From Candidatus Omnitrophota bacterium (GTDB lineage Bacteria; Omnitrophota; Gorgyraeia; Zapsychrales; Fredricksoniimonadaceae), in assembly GCA_016201795.1 (NCBI GenBank), contig JACQCF010000020.1, positions 5,651-69,650 on the forward strand: a stretch of 64,000 nt of DNA, given 5' to 3'. The notes under the pieces are model-generated. The model had not been told where the DNA came from. It saw nothing but the letters and a program-made list of their open reading frames with translations, and ran no database searches. This document shows, in pieces, positions 1-12,800 of this stretch. The translations under genes and the position numbers were made by a program. The number at the start of each line of letters is the position of its first letter. Position 1 is the stretch's first letter.

Positions 1-1
1 C

Positions 2-949
2 GACCACGCCGAGGTGAATGCGCTTAGAAAAATTGGCTCGAGGGCACAAGGAGCAACGCTTTATGTGACCTTGGAACCTTGTTCACATTGGGGCCGCACG
101 CCGCCATGCACAGAGGCTATCATCAAGGCCGGAGTCAAGAAAGTTGTCGTCGGTGTTTTGGATCCCAATCCCAGGATCCACGGAAAATCGGTTCACCTAT
201 TACGCAAGGCCGGCATTAAGGTAGAAGTTGGATTCTTGCAGGAAAAGCTATGGTCCATGAATGAGGTTTTCAATAAATATATTACCAAGCGCATGCCTTT
301 TGTGGTGGCCAAGTGTGCGCAAACCATCGACGGAAAGATTGCCACCGCCACCGGTCAATCCAAATGGATTACCTCGCCCAAATCCCGAGAGCATGCCCAT
401 CGCAAGCGCAATGAGTTTGATGCGATGATGGTGGGTATTAATACGGTGCTGCAGGATGATCCGCAATTGAATCCGACCAGAAAAAATAAGCGTCTTAAAA
501 AAATTGTGGTCGATTCTTCATTGAGAATACCTCTTAAGGCTCGATTGCTGCATACGACCAACCCTTCAGATGTGATCGTGGCAACCACCGCACGGGCCTC
601 AGAAAAAAAAATTCAGCAATTGACCAACAAAGGCGTTCAAGTTTGGGTAGCTCCGGCTAGAGGCGAGCACAGCCACGTTGATCTAAAATGGTTGTTTAAA
701 GAATTGGCCAAAAACGAAATGGCGTATGTGCTTATCGAGGGGGGCGGACGTTTGATTGGCCGCGCCTTAAAAGACAGGTTGGTTGATCGGATGATGATTT
801 ATGTGGCACCCAAAATCATCGGCGATCAAAATGCGCTCAGTGCGATGGCGGGATTAAATGTTCAAAACATCAACCAGGCTCTTGAGCTAAAAAATGTTAG
901 GGTACAAAAAATAGGGGATGATTTCTTAATCGAAGGCTATCTCACGTAG
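2..949 (+). CDS. ribD: Riboflavin biosynthesis deaminase/reductase RibD, 5' end outside the window
   Basis: Frame is open from base 2 (DHAEVNAL, the HAE zinc motif); TLEPCSHWGRTPPC; reductase domain with DGKIAT and LIEGGG. Confidence 0.97.
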   Translation, partial: DHAEVNALRKIGSRAQGATLYVTLEPCSHWGRTPPCTEAIIKAGVKKVVVGVLDPNPRIHGKSVHLLRKAGIKVEVGFLQEKLWSMNEVFNKYITKRMPFVVAKCAQTIDGKIATATGQSKWITSPKSREHAHRKRNEFDAMMVGINTVLQDDPQLNPTRKNKRLKKIVVDSSLRIPLKARLLHTTNPSDVIVATTARASEKKIQQLTNKGVQVWVAPARGEHSHVDLKWLFKELAKNEMAYVLIEGGGRLIGRALKDRLVDRMMIYVAPKIIGDQNALSAMAGLNVQNINQALELKNVRVQKIGDDFLIEGYLT

Positions 950-984
950 TTCCTCCCCCTTAATGGGGGAGGTTAGGTGGGGTA
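950..984. repeat. REP-like palindrome, CCTCCCC/GGGGAGG family (single unit)
   Basis: cctccccc-ttaat-gggggagg followed by ttaggtgggg; same motif as 1881-1978 and 7901-7988. Confidence 0.75.
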
Positions 985-994
985 GAGGGAATTT

Positions 995-1579
995 ATGTTC
1001 ACAGGAATCGTTGAACAGTTAGGAACAGTTAAAGCCATTGAAGAGAAGCAGAATTTAATTGTTTTATGGCTGGATGCTGGTGCGTTAGCAAAACAAATCC
1101 GCTTAGGTGATAGTGTCGCCATCAACGGTGTTTGTTTAACCGCCAGCCGGAAAAAAGGACAACTCATTGCTTTTGATTTGATGAAAGAGACCATTGAAAA
1201 AATTTCGCTCAAAGGGATTCAGCTTGGCAGCGGCGTTAATTTGGAATTGGCCCTCAAAGCCAACAGCCGCTTTGGCGGCCATTTTATTACCGGCCATGTG
1301 GATGAGCTGGGGTCCATCAAGAATATTGAAAAGGCTAAAAATTGGGTGAGCATCACCATCGGTATTTCCAAACGCCATCGCAGATATATAGTGCCCAAAG
1401 GATCGGTCGCCATCGACGGAGTGAGTTTGACCGTCGGCAAGGTGGCCAAGAACAGTTTTAGCGTTTATTTGATTCCTTATTCTCTGAGAATCACGAATTT
1501 AGGTTCTAAAAAAATCGGTGACAGCGTTAATATTGAAACGGATATTTTAGCCAAATATGTTTTAGCCAATAGATCATGA
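995..1579 (+). CDS. ribE: Riboflavin synthase alpha chain
   Basis: MFTGIV N-terminus, GDSVAINGVCLT, GGHFITGHVD, KGSVAIDGVSLT, VNIETD. Confidence 0.97.
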   Translation: MFTGIVEQLGTVKAIEEKQNLIVLWLDAGALAKQIRLGDSVAINGVCLTASRKKGQLIAFDLMKETIEKISLKGIQLGSGVNLELALKANSRFGGHFITGHVDELGSIKNIEKAKNWVSITIGISKRHRRYIVPKGSVAIDGVSLTVGKVAKNSFSVYLIPYSLRITNLGSKKIGDSVNIETDILAKYVLANRS

Positions 1580-1872
1580 GTGACGCAACCTGCCATATTG
1601 GCGTTTTGTACCTTGAACTTTTTATTCCCCAGAGCCAATCGCTTAAAGACAAACGTCATGTGGTCAAAAGCCTCAAAGACAAAGCCCGCCAGAAGTTTAA
1701 CGTTTCCGCTGCGGAAATTGGGAGTTTAGATAAATGGCAAATGAGTATTTTTGCTTTTGCCATGGCCGGCAATGACAAGCGTCACATTGACCGAAGCCTG
1801 CAGGCGATCGTTGGATTCATTGAGTCCAATTATCCTGTCCATATTAGCAGTCAGAAAATGGAATTTGTTTGA
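1576..1872 (+). CDS. DUF503 (YlxP-like) protein
   Basis: SLKDKRHVVKSLKDKARQKFNVSAAE and D-x-WQ motifs typical of DUF503. Confidence 0.88.
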   Translation: MSDATCHIGVLYLELFIPQSQSLKDKRHVVKSLKDKARQKFNVSAAEIGSLDKWQMSIFAFAMAGNDKRHIDRSLQAIVGFIESNYPVHISSQKMEFV

Positions 1873-1880
1873 TTGGAGTT

Positions 1881-1978
1881 TTCCTCCCCCTTTGTGGGGA
1901 GGATTAAGGAGGGGGAATAAAAGCGATGTTGCTTATTTATCACCCTCCCCTTACCCCTCCCATCGAGGGAGGGGAATA
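1881..1978. repeat. REP-like doublet, CCTCCCC/GGGGAGG family
   Basis: Two inverted units (cctccccctttgtggggagg... and ...cccctcccatcgagggagggg); approximately the reverse complement of 7901-7988. Confidence 0.85.
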
Positions 1979-1989
1979 TGTACCAAGGA

Positions 1990-2018
1990 TTGACGGACAA
2001 TGAGGGCGATGTTAGAAT
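1990..2018 (+). promoter_or_regulatory. Sigma70-type promoter for tRNA-Pro
   Basis: TTGACG(1990-1995)-17 bp-TAGAAT(2013-2018) with TG extended -10. Confidence 0.7.
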
Positions 2019-2042
2019 ATCGCCTTGTTATGTTAAGTGATA

Positions 2043-2116
2043 CGGGGCGTAGCGCAGTTGGCTAGCGCGCTTCGTTCGGGACGAAGAGGTCGACGGTTCA
2101 AATCCGTCCGCCCCGA
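2043..2116 (+). tRNA. tRNA-Pro (anticodon CGG), CCA not encoded
   Basis: Acceptor CGGGGCG/CGCCCCG, D-arm GCGC-AGTTGGCTA-GCGC, anticodon arm CTTCG-TTCGGGA-CGAAG, T-loop TTCAAAT. Confidence 0.96.
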
Positions 2117-2121
2117 TTTTT

Positions 2122-2148
2122 GTACGGGTGGGGTAACCCCACCCCTAT
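2122..2148. repeat. GC hairpin after the tRNA (GTAG-type REP-like element or terminator)
   Basis: gtac-gggtgggg-taa-ccccaccc-ctat perfect 8-bp stem. Confidence 0.55.
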
Positions 2149-2154
2149 CTATAT

Positions 2155-4933
<2,779 letters not shown>

Positions 4934-4937
<4 letters not shown>

Positions 4938-5821
4938 AAGAACTGATTGGCGAATTTATCAATTACATGGCCATCGAGCGCGGGTTAGCTAAAAATACAC
5001 TGTTGGCTTACACCAGAGACCTTCAGAAATATACCGGCTATTTGTCAGAAAGAAAGATTCAAAACTCCGACGGTATAAGCCGGGATCATATCAGTGCCTT
5101 TATGATGGATTTAAAAAAGCACGGCATGTCCACGGCTTCTATTTGTCGGCACCTGGCGGCGGTAAAGATGTTTCATCGTTTTCTGGTGCGGGAAAATTTA
5201 GCCAAAGAAGACCCTACCACTCTGGTGGACACCCCTAAGCTTTTTAAGCGTGTGCCCGAGGTGCTCACTCAAAAAGAAGTGGAATCTATTTTGCAGGTGG
5301 CCCCAAAGGCCCGCTCGACGGGCAAACGTGACTATGTGATCCTGGAACTCTTTTATGCCTCAGGCATGCGGGTTTCGGAATTGGTGGATTTAAAGACCAC
5401 CAGTATCAATTTGGACGTCGGCTTTGTGCGTGCTTTAGGTAAAGGCAGCAAGGAAAGGATTATTCCCATCGGCAAAAAGGCCCGCGAGGCCCTGGGTTAT
5501 TATGGCGAAAAGATACGACCGAAATTGGCCAATGCTTCTTCAGGTGATATTTTATTTTTAAGCCGGTTGGGCAAAAAATTAAGCCGTCAGTCGGTGTGGA
5601 AGATGATTAAAGATCATGTACGTTTGGCGGGTATCAAGAAAAATATCAAACCGCACACCTTACGGCATACGTTTGCGACCCATCTTTTAGAGCACGGGGC
5701 GGATTTGCGCTCGGTTCAGGAAATGCTGGGCCACGCGGATATTTCCACGACGCAGATTTATACCCATGTCGACCGCGAACGCCTCAAAAGGGTGCATAAA
5801 CAATTCCATCCGCGCGGATAG
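4934..5821 (+). CDS. xerD: Site-specific tyrosine recombinase XerD
   Basis: ERGLAKNTLLAY, YASGMRVSEL, GKGSKERI, PHTLRHTFATHLL, QEMLGHADISTTQIYTHV, FHPR C-terminus. Confidence 0.95.
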
Positions 5822-5827
5822 ATTTTT

Positions 5828-6601
5828 ATGAGTGATTTATTATCCAGGTTAGATCGAAAATTATTGAAGATAGTCGCTGACAGCGGACGGTTAGCCGATC
5901 AGTTGGGCTTTCGTGCTTATTTAGTCGGCGGGCCGGTGAGGGATTTGCTGTTGCGGCGCTCCAACGCGGATTTGGATATTGTCGTCGAAGGCAGCGGAAT
6001 TCGTCTGGCGGAAAATTTTGCCGCCAAACACCGCGGGGCCAAGCTTGTACGTTATCCTGCCTTCAAAACAGCCACGGTTCATTTACCCGCGGGACGTCAG
6101 GTGGATTTTGCCACGGCGCGCAAGGAAACCTACGCCCGTGGCGGGGCTTTTCCCAAGGTTGAGTCTTCGGATATTGACGATGATCTTTTGCGGCGGGATT
6201 TCACGGTCAATGCCATGGCCATTGCCATCAATCCTGCGTCGTGGGGTCAGGTGGTTGATCCTTTCGGGGGCAGGAAGGATTTGCGTTCTAAGAAAATCCG
6301 TGTTCTGCATGAGAAAAGTTTTATCGATGACCCTACGCGGATTTTGCGGGCCGCACGTTTTAAGACTCGATTGGGCTTTATCATCGAAAGGGGAACGATG
6401 AAACTTTTAAAAGCGGCGGTGGCTGCCAAAGCCCTTGATACCATCAAACCGCAGAGGTATTTAAAAGAGTGCAATAAAATTCTTAAGGAAGAGAAGTCCC
6501 GGCTAGCCATTCAATGTCTTCAATCATGGAATGCTTGGAAGCCCCGCCTGAGCCCGCGGGGTAAAGGAGTTGCTTATGGTACGCATCGAAAAGATCAATG
6601 A
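5828..6601 (+). CDS. Class II tRNA nucleotidyltransferase (CCA- or A-adding)/poly(A) polymerase family, short
   Basis: GGPVRDLLL-DLDIV motif A, RRDFTVNAMA, DPFGG, SFIDDPTRILRAARF. Confidence 0.88.
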   Translation: MSDLLSRLDRKLLKIVADSGRLADQLGFRAYLVGGPVRDLLLRRSNADLDIVVEGSGIRLAENFAAKHRGAKLVRYPAFKTATVHLPAGRQVDFATARKETYARGGAFPKVESSDIDDDLLRRDFTVNAMAIAINPASWGQVVDPFGGRKDLRSKKIRVLHEKSFIDDPTRILRAARFKTRLGFIIERGTMKLLKAAVAAKALDTIKPQRYLKECNKILKEEKSRLAIQCLQSWNAWKPRLSPRGKGVAYGTHRKDQ

Positions 6602-6929
6602 GTTAATCAAACGTGAAATCAGCCATATGATTCAATTCGGGGACATCAACGATCCCCGTGTCAGTCTCGTGACCATTATGGGGGTGGATGTCAGCAAAGA
6701 CCTCCATTATGCCAGAGTGAAGTTCAGTGTTTTAAGTGATGATCCGGCGGTGATTAAAAATGCCACCAACGGACTTAACAGTTGCCGCGGGTTTATCCGC
6801 AAACTCATCGGCGAGCGTGTGGTCATGCGCTACACACCGGAGCTTCAGTTTATTTTTGACAAAGGCATACAATATGCCGCCCGTATTGATGCGGCTTTGG
6901 AAGAAATTAAAAAGAATACCACGGGGTAA
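6576..6929 (+). CDS. rbfA: Ribosome-binding factor A
   Basis: RIEKINELIKREIS, DPRV, VSKDL..ARV, MRYTPELQFIFD. Confidence 0.95.
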   Translation: MVRIEKINELIKREISHMIQFGDINDPRVSLVTIMGVDVSKDLHYARVKFSVLSDDPAVIKNATNGLNSCRGFIRKLIGERVVMRYTPELQFIFDKGIQYAARIDAALEEIKKNTTG

Positions 6930-6938
6930 GGAAAGGCC

Positions 6939-7901
6939 ATGAGCTCTCCTAAATACATCTGGGCAGAAATCAAAAAACACCGCCGTTTTCTGGTCACCAC
7001 TCATTATAATCCTGATGCGGATGCGGCATCGTCGGCATTGGCGATGGCGATCGTGCTCAGGGCCATGGGTAAAAAAGCGGTGGTGGTTAATCAAGATGCC
7101 TTGCCCGCGTGGCTGAGGTTTTTGCCAAAGGCTCAAAATTTTCACAAAAAGACGGATTTGAAACAGCCTCTTTTTGATGCTCTGATTGTTTTAGACTGCG
7201 GAGATTTGGAACGCATCGGCGGGGTGCGTCAATGGCTTGGTGATGAGACTATTATTAACATCGACCATCACGTCACCAATAATTTTTTCGGTTCTGTTAA
7301 TTTAGTCTATCCCCGGGCGTCCTCCAGCTGTGAAATTCTTTTTGATTTGTTTAAAGCAGCCAGGGTCAAGTTGAATAAGGATCTGGCGGCATTATTGTAT
7401 GCCGGTATCATGACGGATACAGGCTCTTTTCGTTATGACAACACCAATGTCAAAACTCACCAGATTGCCGCTACACTTATGAAATTTCATCTATCCGCGC
7501 CGGATTTATATCAGCGTCTTTACGTTGGTATTCCCTCGGTGGATATGAAGGGTTTTGTGGATGTGATTCATAGTGCCAAGCTTTTTTTAAAGAACAAAGT
7601 TTATTGCGTCATGCTGCCTAAAAAAGTGATGGATAGTTTTTCCAAAAAGTTTGATCTTAAGGAGAAGATTTTCGGATTTTTGCGTTTGGTAGAAGGCATT
7701 GAGGTGGTGGTGATTTTGAGTGAATTAACCCCTCGCCAGACGCGGGTTAATTTACGCAGTCAAAACCATTTTGATGTGGCTAAGTTAGCCTCCCAATTTA
7801 ACGGCGGAGGCCATGCCAAGGCCTCCGGAGCCAAAATAGAAATTGGTTTAGAACAAGCCAAGAAAAGAATTTTGGCGGCCATCAGGAAAAGTTTATTATG
7901 A
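6939..7901 (+). CDS. nrnA: DHH/DHHA1 phosphoesterase (nanoRNase NrnA)
   Basis: H-x-NPDAD, IDHH, DTGSF, GGGH..ASG motifs; conserved rbfA-nrnA-truB context. Confidence 0.92.
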   Translation: MSSPKYIWAEIKKHRRFLVTTHYNPDADAASSALAMAIVLRAMGKKAVVVNQDALPAWLRFLPKAQNFHKKTDLKQPLFDALIVLDCGDLERIGGVRQWLGDETIINIDHHVTNNFFGSVNLVYPRASSSCEILFDLFKAARVKLNKDLAALLYAGIMTDTGSFRYDNTNVKTHQIAATLMKFHLSAPDLYQRLYVGIPSVDMKGFVDVIHSAKLFLKNKVYCVMLPKKVMDSFSKKFDLKEKIFGFLRLVEGIEVVVILSELTPRQTRVNLRSQNHFDVAKLASQFNGGGHAKASGAKIEIGLEQAKKRILAAIRKSLL

Positions 7902-7988
7902 TTCCCCTCCCTTGGTGGGAGGGGTCAGGGGAGGGGGAATTCCTTAAGGTCACCCCCACCCTAACCCTCCCCACAAGGGGGAGGGAAT
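7901..7988. repeat. REP-like doublet, CCTCCCC/GGGGAGG family
   Basis: attcccctcccttggtgggagggg... and ...ccctccccacaagggggaggg; inverted copy of 1881-1978. Confidence 0.85.
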
Positions 7989-8007
7989 ATTATAGCGGGA
8001 AGAAGAT

Positions 8008-8673
8008 ATGAAAGAAGGAATTTTGATCATCAATAAACCAGGCGGCATTACCTCCCATGATGTGGTCTCTTTTGTCCGTCGTAAATTTAACATGCGCCGG
8101 GTTGGCCACGCGGGAACCCTGGATCCTTTAGCGACCGGCGTTCTTATCATCCTGCTGGGCCCATCGACGAAGTTGTTTGACCGTTTTGTGGCCTTTGATA
8201 AATCTTACCATGCCACTTTGCGGCTGGGGCTTAAAACCACCACCGCCGATATCATGGGTAAGACCATCGAACAAAAATCAGCCCAGGGCATTGATCAAAA
8301 AAAAGTGGAAGATGTTTTTAGAAAATTTATCGGTGAGATTGAGCAAGTGCCGCCCATGGTTTCCGCCCTCAAACATAAAGGCGAACGTTTATATAAAATC
8401 GCCTGGAGGGGCGAACAAGTCGAGCGCACTCCCCGCAAAGTGCGCATTGATGATCTGCATGTATTAAAATTTGCTTCTGGGCAGGTTGAATTTTTCATGT
8501 CCTGTTCCAAAGGAACTTATGTCCGTCAGCTGGCGGAGGATGTGGGTGAGGCTTTAGGCTGTGGGGCCTGTATTTCCCAAATTGAACGCACGCGCGTGGG
8601 GCAATTTGATATTAAAGACGCGGTCAGTTTAGAGAATCTCAATGAAAGTCATATACGGTCTTGGACCAATTAA
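8008..8673 (+). CDS. truB: tRNA pseudouridine(55) synthase (no C-terminal PUA extension)
   Basis: GHAGTLDPLATG, QVPPMVSALK, CSKGTYVR. Confidence 0.97.
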   Translation: MKEGILIINKPGGITSHDVVSFVRRKFNMRRVGHAGTLDPLATGVLIILLGPSTKLFDRFVAFDKSYHATLRLGLKTTTADIMGKTIEQKSAQGIDQKKVEDVFRKFIGEIEQVPPMVSALKHKGERLYKIAWRGEQVERTPRKVRIDDLHVLKFASGQVEFFMSCSKGTYVRQLAEDVGEALGCGACISQIERTRVGQFDIKDAVSLENLNESHIRSWTN

Positions 8674-9631
8674 TCCCCGCCAAAAATCGGCGGGATTAAC
8701 CCCGCTAGTCCCGCCAGGGCGGGACGTAGCGGTGGTTAAATTCAAAAAAACAGCGGCAGCGATTGGTATCTTCGACGGCGTTCATCGTGGCCATCAGCTG
8801 TTAATCAAGAGCATGGTCGCCCGGGCCAGGAAGCTCAAGGCCAGAGCCATGGTCATCACCTTTTTTCCTCATCCGGCCCACGTACTTCGTCCTGACGTAT
8901 TTTTGCCGTATCTGATGTCTCTGGAGCATCGTTTGCGGCTTTTTGAAGCGTTAGGGGTGGATGTGGTTTTAGTCATCCGTTTTAATAAACGTTTTGCCAA
9001 AATTGATCCGCATTATTTCATTGAAAAAATTTTGGTTGGACAGCTGGGGGTGAAGTCTATTTTTGTCGGCCAAGATTTTCGCTTCGGCAAAGACAGAAGC
9101 GGCGACATACGATTGTTCAAAAGGCTTTCTCAAACACTTGGCTATCGCATGCACGCGGTGAAGGCCTTAAAACAAGGCGGCCAGGTGATTAGCAGCAGCC
9201 GCTTGCGTCGCTTGATTCCGCAAGGGAAATTAAAGCAGGCCAAAGCATTGTTAGGTCGTCCGGTTTCTGTGTTAGGGCGTGTGGTGCGCGGGGCCTCAAG
9301 AGGTAAATCCTTAGGCTATCCGACGGCCAACGTGCATTATACCTGTAACGTTTTGCCGCCCTGCGGGGTTTATGCCGTGCGGGTGGTCTGGAAAAAGAAG
9401 CCTTTCTACGGTATGGCTAATTTAGGCCGAAGGCCTTCATTTAAGGAAAAAGGCGCTAAAGTGCATCTAGAAGTACACATTTTTGATTTTAACCGTACGC
9501 TCTACGGCCAGGAAATTTTGGTTGAATTCCTTCGCAAGATCCGCGATGAGAAATCTTTCGTTTCTAAAGAAGACCTTATCCGCCAGATTCAAAAAGACGA
9601 AAGGATTATTCGTGAATTACTGCATGTTTAG
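8642..9631 (+). CDS. ribF: Bifunctional riboflavin kinase/FAD synthetase with a 22-aa repeat-derived N-terminal insert
   Basis: GIFDGVHRGHQ, VGQDFRFG, ISSS, GYPTAN, GVYA, EVHIFDF, IRDE. Confidence 0.96.
   Translation: MKVIYGLGPINPRQKSAGLTPLVPPGRDVAVVKFKKTAAAIGIFDGVHRGHQLLIKSMVARARKLKARAMVITFFPHPAHVLRPDVFLPYLMSLEHRLRLFEALGVDVVLVIRFNKRFAKIDPHYFIEKILVGQLGVKSIFVGQDFRFGKDRSGDIRLFKRLSQTLGYRMHAVKALKQGGQVISSSRLRRLIPQGKLKQAKALLGRPVSVLGRVVRGASRGKSLGYPTANVHYTCNVLPPCGVYAVRVVWKKKPFYGMANLGRRPSFKEKGAKVHLEVHIFDFNRTLYGQEILVEFLRKIRDEKSFVSKEDLIRQIQKDERIIRELLHV
8670..8739. repeat. TTAA-bounded tandem/nested palindromes inserted in-frame in ribF
   Basis: TTAA at 8670, 8696 and 8736; ttaatccccgcc..ggcgggattaa then ttaaccccgcta-gtcccgccagggcgggac-gtagcggtggttaa; net 66 bp. 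Confidence 0.8.
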
Positions 9632-9715
9632 TGTTTTTCGTGCACAATTCCAAATAAATTTTTATAAGAATTCATAACTATATTATTTCCAAATAGATAG
9701 GACTTTTCCATTCAC

Positions 9716-9743
9716 TTGACAAGTAAGCAGTATGTGGTATCTT
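9716..9743 (+). promoter_or_regulatory. Sigma70-type promoter for the 1491-aa gene
   Basis: TTGACA(9716-9721)-16 bp-TATCTT(9738-9743) with TG extended -10, AT-rich upstream; GAGGGAG RBS before ATG 9808. Confidence 0.6.
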
Positions 9744-9807
9744 TTCTTATATGTCTTATAACCTGTCCCCAAAAAATCTAATGAACAAATCATGAGGGAG
9801 ATTAAGT

Positions 9808-12800
9808 ATGTTTTTTCATAACAGAATAGTTTGCCGCTTTAAACGTTGTATTTCTTCTCTAGCATTACTTTCCTTTCTTTTAGGCTCATGCGTTTTGCCT
9901 AACAGAGCTTCCGCGCAAATGTTCACTTATGGGAATCTTCCTGCCCCCGGCAGTATGCTCAACAGCAGCGCTCATTTTGTCCCGGTTATGATCAAGGGTT
10001 TGAAAATCTATGGGGATGATCCTTTAAAATTTGATTTTATCTTAGACAGCGGCAATGCTAAAGTTTCTGAAGCTGATTTTCAAAATGAGGGAATCAAACT
10101 GGCCAAATATTTCCTGGCCGGATTGACCGTTCCGGAAAAAGATCTGTGGGTCAACCTTTCTCCTTATGAAAAAGATCGCATTGTTCCTGAGTCCTTTGGT
10201 CAGACTCTTTTAGGCCGTGATTTGCTGGCTCAGGATTATATCCTCAAACAATTATCTTCTTCTTTAATTCATCCGAATAAAGATTTAGGGAAAACTTTTT
10301 GGAATCAAGTCTATACAAAAGCCAAACAACTCTATGGAACAACCAATATCCCGGTCAACACCTTTAATAAGGTATGGATTGTCCCGGATAAAGCCAATGT
10401 GTGGGAAAACAACGGCATGGCTTTTGTGACCTCCAGCCACCTGAAGGTGCTTTCTGAAGAGGATTACCTGTCTCTTTCTAAAAATATCGATAATCAAAAG
10501 TTTGGTATGAATCAAATCTCTCAGAATGATGTGAAGGCCATCAGTCGAGCCTCTGCGGATGTGGTGCGTCAATTGCTTTTGCCGGCCATTGAAAAAGAAG
10601 TCAATGAGGGAGAAAACTTCGCCAATTTACGCCAGATTTACAATGCCATGATTTTGGCGGTCTGGTATAAGCAGGCTTTAAAAGACAGTCTTTTGTCCAA
10701 GGTGTATGTGAATCAGAACAAAACCACCGGTGTAGATGATCAGGATAAGCAAAGCAAGCTCAAGATTTACCATCAGTACCTGGCGGCCTTCAAGAAAGGC
10801 GTGTTTAACTTTATCAAGGAAGAGCCAGACGAAAATAATACTGTAATACCCCGCAAGTATTTTTCCGGCGGGGCCGACTGGGCGATGATAGCGCAGGTTG
10901 AGCAAGTTGAGCGCGGACCTTTGACGGGTTTGTCTCCTACAGAGCAGGCGACAGTGGTAGGCAACGTTGGTCGGACAAGATTATTCACGTGGGGAGCCGG
11001 AGTTATCGGGGGCAAGCGGGTCGATGATGCGATGGTGGTCTCATCAGCTGAGGAGGCCGTTTATACACAACTTACTGAGACTCAAATTCCAGCGGTGTTT
11101 GGTGTGGATTTTGCACCGCATGGTTTCAAATCAGATCAATTTTGGGTCGCTGAGGTCGATCCTACCCAAGGAAAACTTATAAAACCATCTTCCATCAATC
11201 TTTTTAAGAATACTTCAACTTTGGTGGGAGTCAATGTGGCTATCTTGCAGGCTATAGCTGCAGCAGGCTATTCAGGGTTATTGGAACATATTCTTGGTAA
11301 GGTATCGAAAGATTTTGGTAAGGAAATTGATGCTGTAGCTGTTAAAGTCGGTAGGGAGTCGTTGGAAATATTGGCAAAAAAGTTGGATGTTGTCATTGTT
11401 GTAGGAGGTAATGAGGGGTCCTTTCGAGACGAGTCAAAAGATATGCCTCTTGGCTTGATTATGAATCCGACTGGTAAAAACGGAACGTTTATGTATTTTG
11501 GGGATTCAGTGGAAGTAACCAATGGGGTTAAACTTAAAATTGGAAAACCCGGAACTTATTCGATGGTGACTTTAGTACCTTTAATGATGCCTTCCACAGA
11601 TGGGTATCGCATTTCGTTGGCTGTTGACAAATTCAATCTCAACAAACCATTTCCTAAGATTGATCCGGTCATCACAAATGCCAATAGCTTACGTCATGTC
11701 CTAGAACAGTTGGCCGAATATATGGAGGCTGCAGATGCAGACGCTTTCATCAAACAAATGGTATCGCAATATATTGTTGTTACCCTTAATCGTCCTAAAC
11801 ATGATCAGCTAAAAGCTCAGGCCAAAGAGCTGGGGTTTTCCGTATTAGATCGGGAAGATGGAGATCCGCTTCTTTTTATTCGTGCCATGTTGGGAATTCC
11901 CGGTAAAGACGGTAAAAAATTACTGGCCATTTCAACTGGCGGTGCCAATGAACACATCATGTCTATGGTTTTTGCAGCATTGTATGGAAAAGCGTTGATG
12001 ACTACTACTTATGCTGCGACAAAAACATTGAAAGCGGTTGATAAAGAATATGCTCCAGGTGGTGCACAATCAGGACAAGGAAATTTGGAGAAAGCTAGAA
12101 ACTATTCTGCGGATGATCTGAAGAATTACAGTGACGTTAACACTGCCTTGGATAAAATAAGACATGCCGGATTCGATGTCCCGCAGGCTCCAGTTACTTC
12201 AGAGCAGTTAAAGGCGCAGCTCTTAACTCCGACTTCAGAAGAACTCAGTATGTTGAAAGAGGGCAAAATTCCTTCTTCGTTAGTTATTGCCTCTATTACA
12301 GGTTCTAATAAATTAGATTGGGGAGTATTACAGCCTTATATTCAGCCAGTGAGATGGGTGGAATCATCGGATGGTTCCGGTAAAGTGATTGTTAGTGGAT
12401 TTTTAATCAATAACGAAGGGAAAGTGAATTTCTTCAGAGCTAGCTTAAAAACAGATGACGTTATTAAATCACGTTATTCTATTGTAGCTCATAATGATCT
12501 TTTGCCTAATCCTTTAGTTGCTCAATATGAAAAAACACGAACAGCGTACATGACTATGCTGTATGCAGGCGAAATCGATGTGGATATTATTGGCAACCAT
12601 GTTAAAAATATCCACAGCCTTTTAAAGAATGAAGAGACTGCCCAAGACAGTTTGAAAACATTAGACGATGCTTTTGCTGCTGTACAAAGAGATATTAGGC
12701 TTGAAGCAGAAGTGGTACGTGCTGTTCGTGAAGTGGAGAGATATATTCTCGGTAACCCTAGTGTGCAAATGGAAGATGGGACCATGCATGCCGTGGTACA

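Noticed and set aside
1751-1993. 80-aa ORF with PPPLWGG and PSPYPSHRGRG
   Set aside because: Translation of the REP-like palindrome overlapping DUF503; the same peptide appears in the minus-strand ORF 7950-8150.
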